Both the position numbers and the translations under genes were made by a program. DNA of 64,000 nt from Nemertoderma westbladi (lineage: Eukaryota > Animalia > Xenacoelomorpha), in contig JAUCBJ010004814.1 in NCBI GenBank assembly GCA_032718475.1, positions 9,498-73,497 of the forward strand, in the 5' to 3' direction. Shown here one piece after another: positions 12,641-24,133 of the stretch (position 1 is the stretch's first letter; each line of letters opens with the position of its first letter). The notes below the pieces were generated by a model. It ran no database searches, was not told where the DNA came from, and saw only the letters and a list, made by a program, of their open reading frames with translations.

Positions 12641-13294
12641 TCAGTAATTAATGAAAGATTACAAACAATATGAATAACCTTTTAACTTTTTATCAACTAT
12701 TTATTTTCTTGGTCCAATAATTTCAATGTTTGTAATGACAAACTATTCTGAAGAAATTCACTGTCGAATTTTGAGTAATAATCTCTTGAAATTTCCTCAA
12801 AGTTGGCTTGGAATATCGTCAAAGTGTTATTATCTATTATATTAATGTTTATACTTTATAAAGTTTACAGTGAGAAAAATCATACCAACCTTGTAATTGT
12901 TTTTAAACCAGATAACACTATCTTAAACCATGAACCCTCTCCTTCGTAGTCTGTAGCCCAATCTTGCATATTGTCAACGAGTGCACTTTCACATCGCCTT
13001 TTGAGTATAATGTTTTGTTTTTTTAAATATTTCTCCACCGATGATGCAGAACATTGGCCATCAGAAGATACGTCGATGATAGCTAAATATATATTAAATC
13101 AATTTTAAGTTGGTGTGTGTGTTTACAACAATGACAATAATAACACGAGTGGGTCCTTCGTGCTGCAAAAGGTGCAAGCCATCTTAGCGAATAATTATAA
13201 TTATATTTATTTATACATCCGATTTTTATAATTCTATATTTTTAATAAAATTAACGACACTTTATAAATAAAGTAAACAAAATAGTAACACATG

Positions 13295-13920
13295 ATCTCC
13301 TTCGGGAACTCGGATGTTTCAGGGCTGGGGTGGCCCAAGGGTTCGTAGGCTACCAGGTGGAAGAGTCCATGAGTTTCTGGTACTTGCGGATCTTTAGAGT
13401 TTCCGCTTCCTCTGCAGTGCCGCCTCTGGCTCTGGTGGAGATCGTCTGGACGAGGTGGCTGGGCGCTAGTGGGTCCGTCGCCATCGCATCCCATGTGAGG
13501 AACTGCCCGCCGCTCCACGGGACCAGGGTGACGCCATCTACTTTCTTATCGTCCCCTCTACACAAGCCCAGTGGCTCAAGTGTAGCGGGGATGCTACAGC
13601 TGATGGGCAGCCAGCGCAAACTGTCGTTCAACATTGAGTGGCGCGGAAGTCTGCCAAGGCTCCTTGAGCAGAAAAGACCATGGAGATTGGGGGGCATCCA
13701 ACAGAACATGCTTGCCACACCAGCACAGATGTGGGGCTCCGTCAGCCAACACCCAAGACGTGTACCATCCGAGATCCGGAACTGCGAGTCCATCAGCTTC
13801 AGTCCCAGAGAGCTGAAGGTTGTGGTCTGCGTTATCATGTTAGGCTAAAGGATGCACGGGGTGCACTACCATAGAGGAGAGGATTTAGAGCTGCAATGGG
13901 GATCTAGAGATTCATGGCAA
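13295..13920 (-). mobile_element. CRE-like non-LTR retrotransposon fragment (restriction-like endonuclease domain)
   Basis: HGLFC..RH..LND, LEP.GL.R.D.K..DGVTLVPW..G..LTWD...D.LAPS, AE..K..KY. Confidence 0.75.
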
Positions 13921-15189
13921 GTCCGCAAGACACAAAGGGCTTATATCCGGTGTTGGTGTAAGTCAGTGCTACTGGTTATCCCGAAGGGAGGGGGGGGGGG
14001 TGCAATTTGGATTCTGTGTCTACTTCAGCCGTTTTTGGTTTGTAAATCAGTAGGTCGCCTGTCTTCTTTATGCTAAATGCTTTATGGCTGGTGCGAATGC
14101 TTACCACTGAAGCTATCACTACTGGTAATGCTACTGATGACTGATGATTGCACTATTTCTTGTTTCTATTTTCTGTTTCTTATTTGCTAACTTGATGGAT
14201 CATAATTGAAGCAAATTAATACTGTATATTAAGCTAACTCTATGTAAACTATTAGCGTAATAAAAAATTAGGGTTATGAATTCTGTAATACAAAATAATT
14301 AGATAGTTATAGCAAATACTGTATTAATTAATTATCGTAGCTCCATGCATTGGGTAAGTTAGAGACATTTAGGCTACATAGCGGAGAATAGGGCTACTTT
14401 GTTTACGTTTGGAAAACTAATACCGGTGTTTGTTTATTCTAAGCTAAGCGGTTGTCTAAAAAAAGGGGGTTTGCCATTGCTTTTAGAAGTTTTCAGTAAT
14501 ACAACAGGAAGTAAAAGTACTGATTTCCGTAGGTACCCAGGAATAGCCCAGTTTCCAACACAGGCCCACAGCAGGATTCCTAGAAATTAATTTCAAAATT
14601 AAAATATTCTCCAAACGAACATTTTTATTGGTCGTGTTTAGACGTGTTTAGACAATCGTGTTTAGACCCGTGTGTGGGCGATTCCCTAGCCCATTAAATA
14701 AATACCGTATGGCGATATTTATAACCAATGATTCAAGCGAAGCCTTTAATATTAACAGCGTCATGATTAAGTATTGTTGTAAACATAATCTTATAAAGTG
14801 AAAATACGTTCTATATTTATTTTTTTTATTTATTTATTTCTTTCTCCTGGTACCTCAAATTGCACATACTATACAATTTTTTAATTTTTCTATTTAATAC
14901 AATTATATTTAATAACGGTAGCAGTGTGCGCTACTACAGCCGAACAATAGCAAAAGCAATTTACACCATATTCAGCAAATTTTGAGTTGATTCTATTACA
15001 ATATTGAATTACCGTACCTGACTGTGGTGACAAGATTAGCATATAGGAGGCACTATCTGCTATAATGGAATAGATCTATTCTTTATTTACGTTTATTATT
15101 TTTATTGGTGTAAATGGAGGGTGTCTGTCGCATACAGATAAAAAAATAATATTTATTTAATTAATTAGTCCATTGGGTATTTTCCAATA

Positions 15190-15560
15190 GTTTTTAAATT
15201 GTTGTTCCTATGGAGGCTATAATAGCTATATTAATGTCTCTCCAGGGCACCATCTCCATTGATCAATTATAGTGAGATCTAAAATTTAGATCTTTTATTT
15301 GCCTCAAAGGTTTTCAAAGGGAACTGAGTGACCAGGTATGCTAGTACAAGCATAGAATCTGTCCATAATGTTAATGTTAGTGGAAAATATAAGTTGGTGT
15401 TAACCATATCTGTTAACTCAGCTGCCACTGATGCAGCAAGAAGTTCTTTCCGAGGTAATGACAAAAATGTATTTGATTTAATAGTTTCGGATTTTGATGT
15501 TACGAATGCAACATAGATACTCCTGTGGAATTATTTCACTATTAGATAGCTATTTGTAAT
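15190..15560 (-). pseudogene. old BEL/Pao RNase H fragment
   Basis: SLPRKELLAA, WTDSMLVLAYL, FEAN. Confidence 0.75.
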
Positions 15561-15657
15561 TGGTACTACGTAAAAAATTTAAAATCCGACATATTTGCCT
15601 TGCTTTACAGTTTGTTATAAATTCGTATATGCACGTGTTTTGGAACGTGTTACAACT

Positions 15658-15835
15658 GGTCCAGTGGCCCAGTACTACTAGGATCGGCATGCTTCATTGC
15701 AGCTGAATTTTTAAGAATGGTGTGCCGGCTTATCGACAAAATTGCACCGCCACAGTAAGCCCCGTAGGTGGCCCAGTAGGTTAACGCGTGGATCACACTT
15801 GAGATAGGTCGAGTGTTCGAATCTGGGTCGGTAAA
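15658..15835 (+). mobile_element. tRNA-derived SINE head or tRNA-like relic, interrupted by a short RTE 3' end
   Basis: Removing the insert restores GGTCCAGTGGCCCAGTAGGTTAACGCG (A-box-like); B-box GTTCGAATC at about 15815. Confidence 0.55.
15675..15767 (-). mobile_element. very short 3' end of a second RTE family
   Basis: Reverse complement of 39362-39448 including the (TAG)n tail; flanked by direct repeat gtggcccagta. Confidence 0.75.
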
Positions 15836-16101
15836 ATTTACATTTTTGTGCAATTTATTTTCTGTTTCGCTAAATTAGACAAGCCAATGGAGTACGTACA
15901 ACACATGAACAGATTAGTTGGGCCAATCAAAAGGTGTTTGATAATTTATTGGTCCAATGTGAGCCCATGTTAATTAGTTTAGTTTCGATAAATCATTTGT
16001 TATTTACGTTAAAAATATACTGCAAACTCTGAACATGTAGTTTTTAGCTTTTCTATCTTAAACAGCCAAACGCTTTGGAGAATGGCTGCCTAAACCTTTA
16101 A

Positions 16102-18146
16102 CCCTATTAAACCCGGGGGGGGGGGGGGGGGTCAATATGACCCCCCCCCCCCCCCGTGGTTTTTTTATTATAATTCTGAAACAAACGCAGGTGGGAATCT
16201 GAAATTTTTTGACTTTTCCTAAAAATCTATTGTCTTCCTAGTAGTGAAAACCGTTTTCTAAAATATTGGGTAGTTTTCGAGTTATAGCACTATTTTTTAA
16301 CCCTACTTTTGGCACTTTTTTTGAGACGTTTTTTGAAAATTACATTTCATTAAATATTACTTGTAACATCTCTATTTTTGATTTACACCGGTTTTTTGGT
16401 GTTAGCAATTGGATGGAATTCATATAAATTGATTTAGAAATTTCAAAATTGTTTTTTTCGGTGGGTGCCAAATTTTGGTGCTAGCACCAAATTTTGAAAT
16501 ATGTTAATTTTGTTCTTTAACTGTATATACATCCGGTGTTTCCCAACCTCCCGTTTTATATGCCACCCTTCCACTCTATCACTAGTAACATGGACGTTAG
16601 TATAAGTAACTCTGATTACTAAAGGTCGTCCCAAAACTGAAACTATTACACTATTATTAGTATAACCGTCGTCGTATCGCTCCACGTTTAATTCTCCTTC
16701 CTCGTAGTTCAACCAAAATACACGATAACCGCCAATCCAACAATGGATCAATCTTATATCGTTGATGACTATATCGCTTGTTGATAACTAACGCTAAGTT
16801 GATAACTTAACGTTAAGTTATCTCCCTCCTCCACACATGTTCGTGGGGACTTCGCGCAGCACGTAGTCGGCAAGCCTTGGCATACGGTTCATATAGAGCA
16901 AATGGAGCATGTCTAGTTTGGACCCCATATCCCATGCTATAAATGTATTCATTCGATATACAATCATATGTTAATCCGCTAGGTGGTGTCAAATTGTTAC
17001 CGACTACGTGTCTATACGTAAATTGGGGTTTTTTGGGGTTCTGGATTCGATGAAATATATATGAGTAGCACCAAGCGTATCAAACTCGTATTTTTCGGTG
17101 CTGTGTGCAAATTTTGGTGCTAGCACGAAATTTTGAAAATCCATTCAATAGATAAAATTGCTTGTGACAATTTATTTCTTGCGTTTTAGAGGTTTATGGC
17201 TGTTCTGAATTCAATGGAATATATAATTATCAAACTAGGCATCTCAAACTTGTATTTTTCGGATGTGGGTGCAAAATTTGTGTGGGCACCAAATTTTGAA
17301 AACCATCAAATATATCAATTGATTGTGTCACCTTGTTTCTTGCGTTATACGGGTTTGTGATTGTTCTGAATTCAATGGAATCAGTAAAAATTTCTTAATA
17401 GTTCTCAAACTTGTATTTTTCGCCGGTGGGTGAAAATTGTTGTGCCAGCACCAAATTTTGGAAAATATGCAAATTGATCAGTAGATAGTATCACCTTGTT
17501 TCTTGCGTTATACGGGTTTATGAGGGTCCTGAATCCGATGGAATCAATAAAAACAGCACTGGACATCGCAAACTTTGGTGATGGGTACGAAATTTGGTGC
17601 TAGCACCAAAATTTGCCAAATTACGACGAAAAATGCAAGTAGCAATGATCTGGCATAATAGAAATGCATTCCATTAGAATCAGCGCCCTCGAAAACCTGA
17701 AAATGTGAATTTATAGCATCGTATTGGTGAACTAAAAATTTTGTGTTCTAACTGAAAAGTGCTGGTTACTTGTTTTTTTAATTTTTTTCCTGCGCAGAGA
17801 TGACTAAACAGCCATTTATAGTAATCATATCATTTTTAAATATTTTCCAATGTATTTTGCAACCCAGAAAACCTGTATTGAAAAATAATTAGCCGAAAAT
17901 GTAACTTTCAAATTTTTTGAAAATTGTGCATTACTTGTAATTTTGGTGCTGCAATATAACCACCGCAGTACTTTTTTTCGAAAAATTTTTTTTCAGTCGG
18001 ATCCAGACAAGTGATACCTACGTACAAACAAAAAATCAGACGTTTTCGTAAATATTTGTAGATTTTAGAGGGGGGGGGGGGTCAATATGACCCCCCCCCC
18101 CCCCCCCGGTATTTGTACAACATTTTATAGCCCGGTACTAATAGGG
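16102..18146. mobile_element. non-autonomous piggyBac-type element, copy 1
   Basis: TTAA on both sides; TIR CCCTATTAAACCCGGG vs CCCTATTAGTACCGGG; homologous to 47500-53296. Confidence 0.88.
16833..17012 (+). mobile_element. internally deleted Helentron/HINE-like element
   Basis: Near-identical to 25283-25448, joined to the right-end motif ccgactacgtgtc. Confidence 0.6.
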
Positions 18147-19057
18147 TTAAGCCAAAGCAACGCAAGGTGAAGGGATGTCCACGACGCATAAAGGAACCCG
18201 CACCATTTCGCCCATGCCCATTTGGAAAGCATGACCCGATTGCCTGAGAGCGCTTTACGCGCGTAAGACCTTAGATCCGGGGAAAGTGTGACGCCATCCT
18301 GGGACGCTGTAAAGTGTAAGAGCAAAATACTTTAGATTCAGACAGAAACCCCTCGGTTAACCTGTATCTCTTACAGGTGCAAGCCGATGCTGTTTGCTAG
18401 TACGTGCGAGTACACTAGGTGCAAATATCACACTCTATAATTTGGTGACATTGCCATACTAGCGGTACAGCACTGTAGGCCTTGCGGCTTTCAGTGCGTA
18501 TAATTTATGTGCGTACTGTAATCAGTAGGAGGTACTGATATTAAATTAGATAATATCAGTAAACTTACATAATTTAGTTTAGTTTTTGTATTTGACTAGC
18601 TATAGTTAGTTAGTTTGTAACTTATTTTGTCTTAGATCTTTATCTTGTCTTCGAGTCATTGCATCATACGCATCACCGCATTGGCTAGGCTACTGAAAGG
18701 CTGTGAAGGAAGCAGAAAGGCCGAAGGCTGGTGAACTGAGTTTATAGATATAGTTGTTGGTAATATCAGATATAAATCACAATCAGTGTAATATAATAAT
18801 AGCAGTAACAATGACAGCGACGACGGTTAAAAACCGTCTGACTTCTACACTCATTGTAGCCAACTGAAGCACAATTAACAGAGTAACGGTTATATATTAC
18901 ATGGGATACACATTCCTACCTAGGTTTAGCCTACCAGTGAATGTGCGATAATTGATGGAAAGCCGCTCTATCATTGGTTGATCTATTCCCCAGCCAATCC
19001 CTATTTTTCACTGGACCTATGCTAGCTTCCCCCTGAGATGAGCTATTGTGCTGGCAT

Positions 19058-20238
19058 TGTAAAGGCTTTTGCGGAATTAGCTGGTTATTTTCCCCGCAAA
19101 GTACTCTGTAGTTGTTTTAACGGACATAAAAAGCCGTTTCCTTACTGTACCGGTGTTTTAGTGGACATAAAAGTCATTTCTTATGTATGTGTACTTTAGC
19201 GGACATAACTAGTGATTTTATGTCGCAATAAGCCAAATACTCTAAACATCGGAACTCCGATGACGACATCTATCAGCTGTGTCCACGTGTAACTTTTCTT
19301 TGTTCTTTGTTCGTTCTTTGTTCGGTCGACCAATCAGAGCGGTTTTCACTCTGTGTTGGAGATTGTATACAGAAACTCATGCAATTCAGTCAGTGTGTGT
19401 ATCTTTCTAAGCCCATAACACCGGCTTAGGATTCTTCTGTACTTCTGTGGAAGTTTCAGACTTTAGCAAAACATTAGTAGGCTTTGGTCATAGAAACGTA
19501 TAACTGTTATCAAACCACACCGCACCACATATCCTAATCATATTGTCAACTATAAACACCACATTTTTACTGCTATTTACTGTCGGTTATTAATTATATC
19601 AGTTGATGGAATATTGTTATATTTGGATAATATCGATAAATAATCATAAAACCCCCAATCTTCTTGATATACTGAAGGTAAGAGACCGGTTACATATAAC
19701 AATTGCGACTTACATTAAAGTGGTTTTGGAGTGAATCTAATGCTATTTCATAGGCACTACATGAGTCGGTTGCTGTTCTCTTTATATGTGACTAAAATTA
19801 GTGAAGGTTGGCAGATCGGTGTGCAGCATTGTGCGGTAGTGTGCATGATTGTGACTGATAACAAAGCATCTCCTAAAGAATGCGCTTTATACGTGAACCA
19901 ATAGCCATCCCGTTGTGTCTAGTGTAAGTCATAACTCTGTTTACATACTTAGAGCGCCACGTCCTAAAGGAACTGTTAATATTTCCCGAAAGTGAATAAT
20001 ATTGGTTAGAGATTATATATTAACAATCAGTCGAATAATACAGTAGGCCTACACCGCAATAAGGTCAAAGCTTCCGAATCCAGTCTCCCGGGTATATCCA
20101 GCGGGTGAATGGTCGCGCATAGACAGGCTTCGGCTAATGTAGTGTATCAAATACTCGTCATAGGCTAAAGTCGATTTATAATCTAGAAGACATCTAAATT
20201 TGGCAGGTTAAACTGCTAAAGGTCTGAAAGCGCGAACA
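19058..20238 (+). repeat. 5' LTR of element C (1181 bp)
   Basis: TGT...ACA; about 15 substitutions and one 15-bp indel versus the 3' LTR by eye. Confidence 0.97.
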
Positions 20239-20524
20239 ATAACAGTTATTGAGTTCTAATTGCAGTGTAGGCAATAAATACAGTCTAAAGTACCGGTTGA
20301 CCGGTACCCAGTAGGCCTAACTACCTAACTACCCGAACCGGTACTTACAGCAGTACAGGTACAGCAGTATTATTCGATTTTGATAATTATATACCGGTAG
20401 GTCTTAATAAGTAATCGGGGACGCCTGGTTTTTATTGAGATTTTACTTAGGCCTATTTCTGTCAGTTTTATTTATTTGAAAGTTAATATTGAGTAGAAGA
20501 CGTGTAAGCCTGCTCAGATTGTAC

Positions 20525-21104
20525 AGATAATTTGTAGGCTGGACTGTTGTCTGACTGTTGTTAAGTCTAAAGAGATTGTAGTGTGTGTAGAGTGTATGTC
20601 CGATAAAGTACTAGTTAGGAACGTAGGGGCTTCCAGTGCTGTGAGGTTAATCCCCCTGAAAGAATAAGTCGTACTACTCGGTTAGAACGCATACTAACTA
20701 ACCATTTCGGAGTCTGCATATACTGTAGTTTGTTTGGGCTTGATAGTAGTCTGCCAGCGTTTGGTCTGTATTTTGTTTGTGTAGTCTGTACGGGTAGCGT
20801 AATATTTCTTATTTAGATAATTTGTAGGCTGGATTGTTGCCTGGATGTTGTTAGGTCTGAAGAGATTGCGGTATGTGTAGAGTGTATGTCCGATAAATTA
20901 CTAGTTAGGAACGTAGGGGCTTCCAGTGCTGTGAGGTAAATCCCCCTGAAAGAATAAGTCGTACTACTCGGTTAGAACGCATACTAACTAACCATTTCGG
21001 AGTCTACATATACTGTAGTTTGTTTGGGCTTGATAGTAGTCTGCCAGCGTTTGGTCTGTATTTTATTTGAGTAGTCTGTACGCGTAGCGTAATATTTATT
21101 ATTC
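20525..21104. repeat. 290-bp tandem duplication in the leader of element C
   Basis: agataatttgtaggctgg starts at 20525 and 20815 with near-identical continuation. Confidence 0.9.
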
Positions 21105-21600
21105 AGAGTTTATGCGATTATTCGCAACATTCACAACCCCAAGTTTATTCCTACAGTAATTGTGCTTGTTATACATACCGTTATAGTTAACTTAACCCCG
21201 GTACTATATCAGGGCTGCTTGGCGTAGGTAAAGACTGGTGATTTTGTGCCCCGGTCACTCCTGCAGATACCGTGGTTCCTTTAGCTGTACAAGTATTTCT
21301 AACTGCTGATTATTTGTTGTATAAGTACTTGTACCTAATTTAGGGTTTAGTGTACAGTGCTTTCCGAAGGTAATTAGTGTGTAGGCAGTATATTTGTGTT
21401 GTAAAGTGGTTAATAGGCACGTTGGTTCTGGTAGACTGCGGTAATTAACTTCTAGGTAGGAACACTCCGTTATACATAACGTAGTACTTATAGCGTTACG
21501 GCTATAAGTTGTCAGATGGTGGTATTTTTCCTATCTGGACAATGCAGTATATTTACTACTGCTTTGTTATTTTCAAATACCGTAGAATCCTGTCTGTTTG

Positions 21601-23170
21601 TACTACTACTACTAGGTCGAGCGAACTCGGACAGTGGAAATGAGATCCTTCCAGGCTTCCCGATTCTCCATAGTTGTCGCAATTTCGTTTCTCCCAAGTT
21701 CAGTATCCCTTTCAAGTTGATCTATATATGTTATGGCAGGTCGTCCACGACTACGCTTTCCATGAGTTGGTTGCCAGAGAAGTAGATCTGGTATGACCTC
21801 GTCTTTACTTCGCCAGCAGTGCCCACTGAATCTTAATCTGCGTTCGCGGAGGGTGGTTGATACAGGTGGTACTGTACCATAAAGCTCGGCGTTTGTCATG
21901 TGTTGTCTCCAGCTGATGTTTAGGGCTGCCCTTAGTAGTCTTGTGTAGCAACCATCAATTCATTGTTCAAGTGATTTAGTCAGTGTCCAGGTCTCACCCC
22001 CGTATAAAAATACACTTTCCACTGTGGCTCAAAAGAACTTAGTCTACAGGTGCCTGGAGAGATCTGATTTCCAGATGGCATCCATTTTTGATAGAGCTAC
22101 CCAAGCCTTTGCTTTCCTAACTTCTATGTCCTTTTTGCTACTCTCTATCCATGATCCAAGGTACTGGAAGTCATCGACCTTCCTTAGTTGATTATTATCA
22201 ATGGTTGTCAAGTTTCCATCAACATTAAAGGTCATGAATTCGGTCTTGGTAGCATTTATATGCAATCCAACCTCCTTAGCAGCCCTCTCCACTTTATTTA
22301 GTAGAAGCTGTGCATCTGCTAGCGTATTAGAGAGCAGGGCGATGTCATCCGCAAAGTCAGTGTCTGTGACTGTAGTTGCCGGATATCTACTACTTTTGCG
22401 TTCTTGAAGTGTGAATCCCAGATCTTCACCCTTTGTGGCCATCCTCATTGCGTAATCCAGCACAATTACAAATAGTAATGGTGCTAATGTGTCACCTTGC
22501 AGTACGCCAGCAAGGATTGAGAAAAACTCAGTTTCACCATCTGGTGAGAGTACCTGCGCTTCTGTGTCACAATATAGCAATCCAATGCCAGCAACAATTA
22601 CTTCTGGTATTCCATAAGCTCTTAGGATTTCAAGCATTTTACCTCTATGGATGGAGTCGAATACCTTCTTGAAGTCCACAAAAGTCATGACTGCGGGGAG
22701 ATTCTTTGACTTAATTCCTTCAATCAGTCTCCGTAGTGCAAGTATCTGAGCTATTGTTGATCTACTTGGTCGAAATCCGTTTTGGCTCTTACGCAGTAGT
22801 TTCTCTATGTGAGGCCTAATCCTATATAGAATCATTTTATTGTATATTTTGGCAGCTACCACAAGCAGACAGATCCCACGATAGTTTGTTGTTATGCCGA
22901 GGTCTCCTTACTTGGGGAGAGGCTTTAGTTGACCTTTAGTCCAAATTGGTGGTGGCTTTTCCCCTTTTAACATCCGGTTGCAAACATTCAATAATGGTCT
23001 ATTTAGCACTCCGGTTTTCCATACCTCCGCTGGGATTTCATCTAATCCACTCGCTTTATTATTGGACATGCTTTTAATGCTTCTTTGGAGTTCGGCAGGT
23101 GTGAAGTCCCCTGTTTCTATAGGTAGTGTCTTGTCATATATTTTCCTTGTTGGGCTGACCTCGATGATTG
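21601..23170 (-). mobile_element. 5'-truncated RTE LINE inserted in element C
   Basis: Q.GFR, FVDFKK.FDS, GVLQGDTLAP, FADD; (TAG)n tail at 21601; same family as 11409-12269; TSD not clear. Confidence 0.93.
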
Positions 23171-23621
23171 TAATAACCAGATATTCTAACCCTTTGTTAG
23201 GCTGGTTTGTAGACTTCTTGTAAAATTACCCTAAAAATTCGTATGTGTAATTTTTTGTGTTTATTTAGAGATTATAATCTCACCCCAAATTGTACGTAAT
23301 TTGTAGTATTAAGTAACTTAGGTAAATTAGAATTATTTGTTTTAGTGTCCAACAAGTAGCACTTCACTGAGAGCACACAGCTTCTGTGTAGTGACTCCTT
23401 CCGAGAAAAAATAACATTTATTTCAAATATTGACAAAACCCATTATACGGGTATATATATATTATAAATCAACTCAAACCGATTTATAAATAGAAGGCCT
23501 GTCATACAACAATTAGGTCTTAATATCAGTTGGACTACTGCTTAAATAACGGTAATAAGGTAAAGTAAGGTAACCAAGTAACCCCTAAATTTCAGAAATT
23601 CAATTATTCTAAAATAATTGA

Positions 23622-23995
23622 CATACCGGTATTTACGATAGGCTTATTATATTTATTTCTATAAATTTAGGCTGAAATGATATACCGGTATTCTGTAATT
23701 AATTCTAGTCCATAATTATACTTATATATACTATAAGTGTAAGCTGTATACCGGTATTCACGATAGGACTATTATATATTTATATATATTTGTGCTGAAA
23801 TTATATACCGGTATTCTGTGACAAATCTAGTCTGTAATAATTATACTTATATATACTATAAGTGTAAGCTGTATACCGGTATTCACGATAGGCCTATTAT
23901 ATATTTATATATATTTGTGCTGAAATTATATACCGGTATTCTGTGACAAACCTAGTCTGTAATAATACTTATTTATACTATAAGTATATACCAGT
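23622..23995. repeat. about 125-bp AT-rich tandem repeat, about 3 copies
   Basis: ataccggtatt.acgatagg recurs at about 23623, 23748 and 23873. Confidence 0.8.
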
Positions 23996-24133
23996 ACTCT
24001 AATATATTGTATATATATCACGTTACATAGAGTAACGATATCGGTAATTAATTACTAGGCTAACGGTGATACTGAATTACTAGACTTGCTTTAACTGTAA
24101 TATAGCAGTAGGTATTCAACTGTACAAACAAAC

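Noticed and set aside
15760-15835. Functional tRNA gene
   Set aside because: The A-box is interrupted and no complete cloverleaf can be drawn.
16092-16101. Both piggyBac copies are preceded by AAACCT
   Set aside because: Only 6 bp in two copies; too little to claim target preference.
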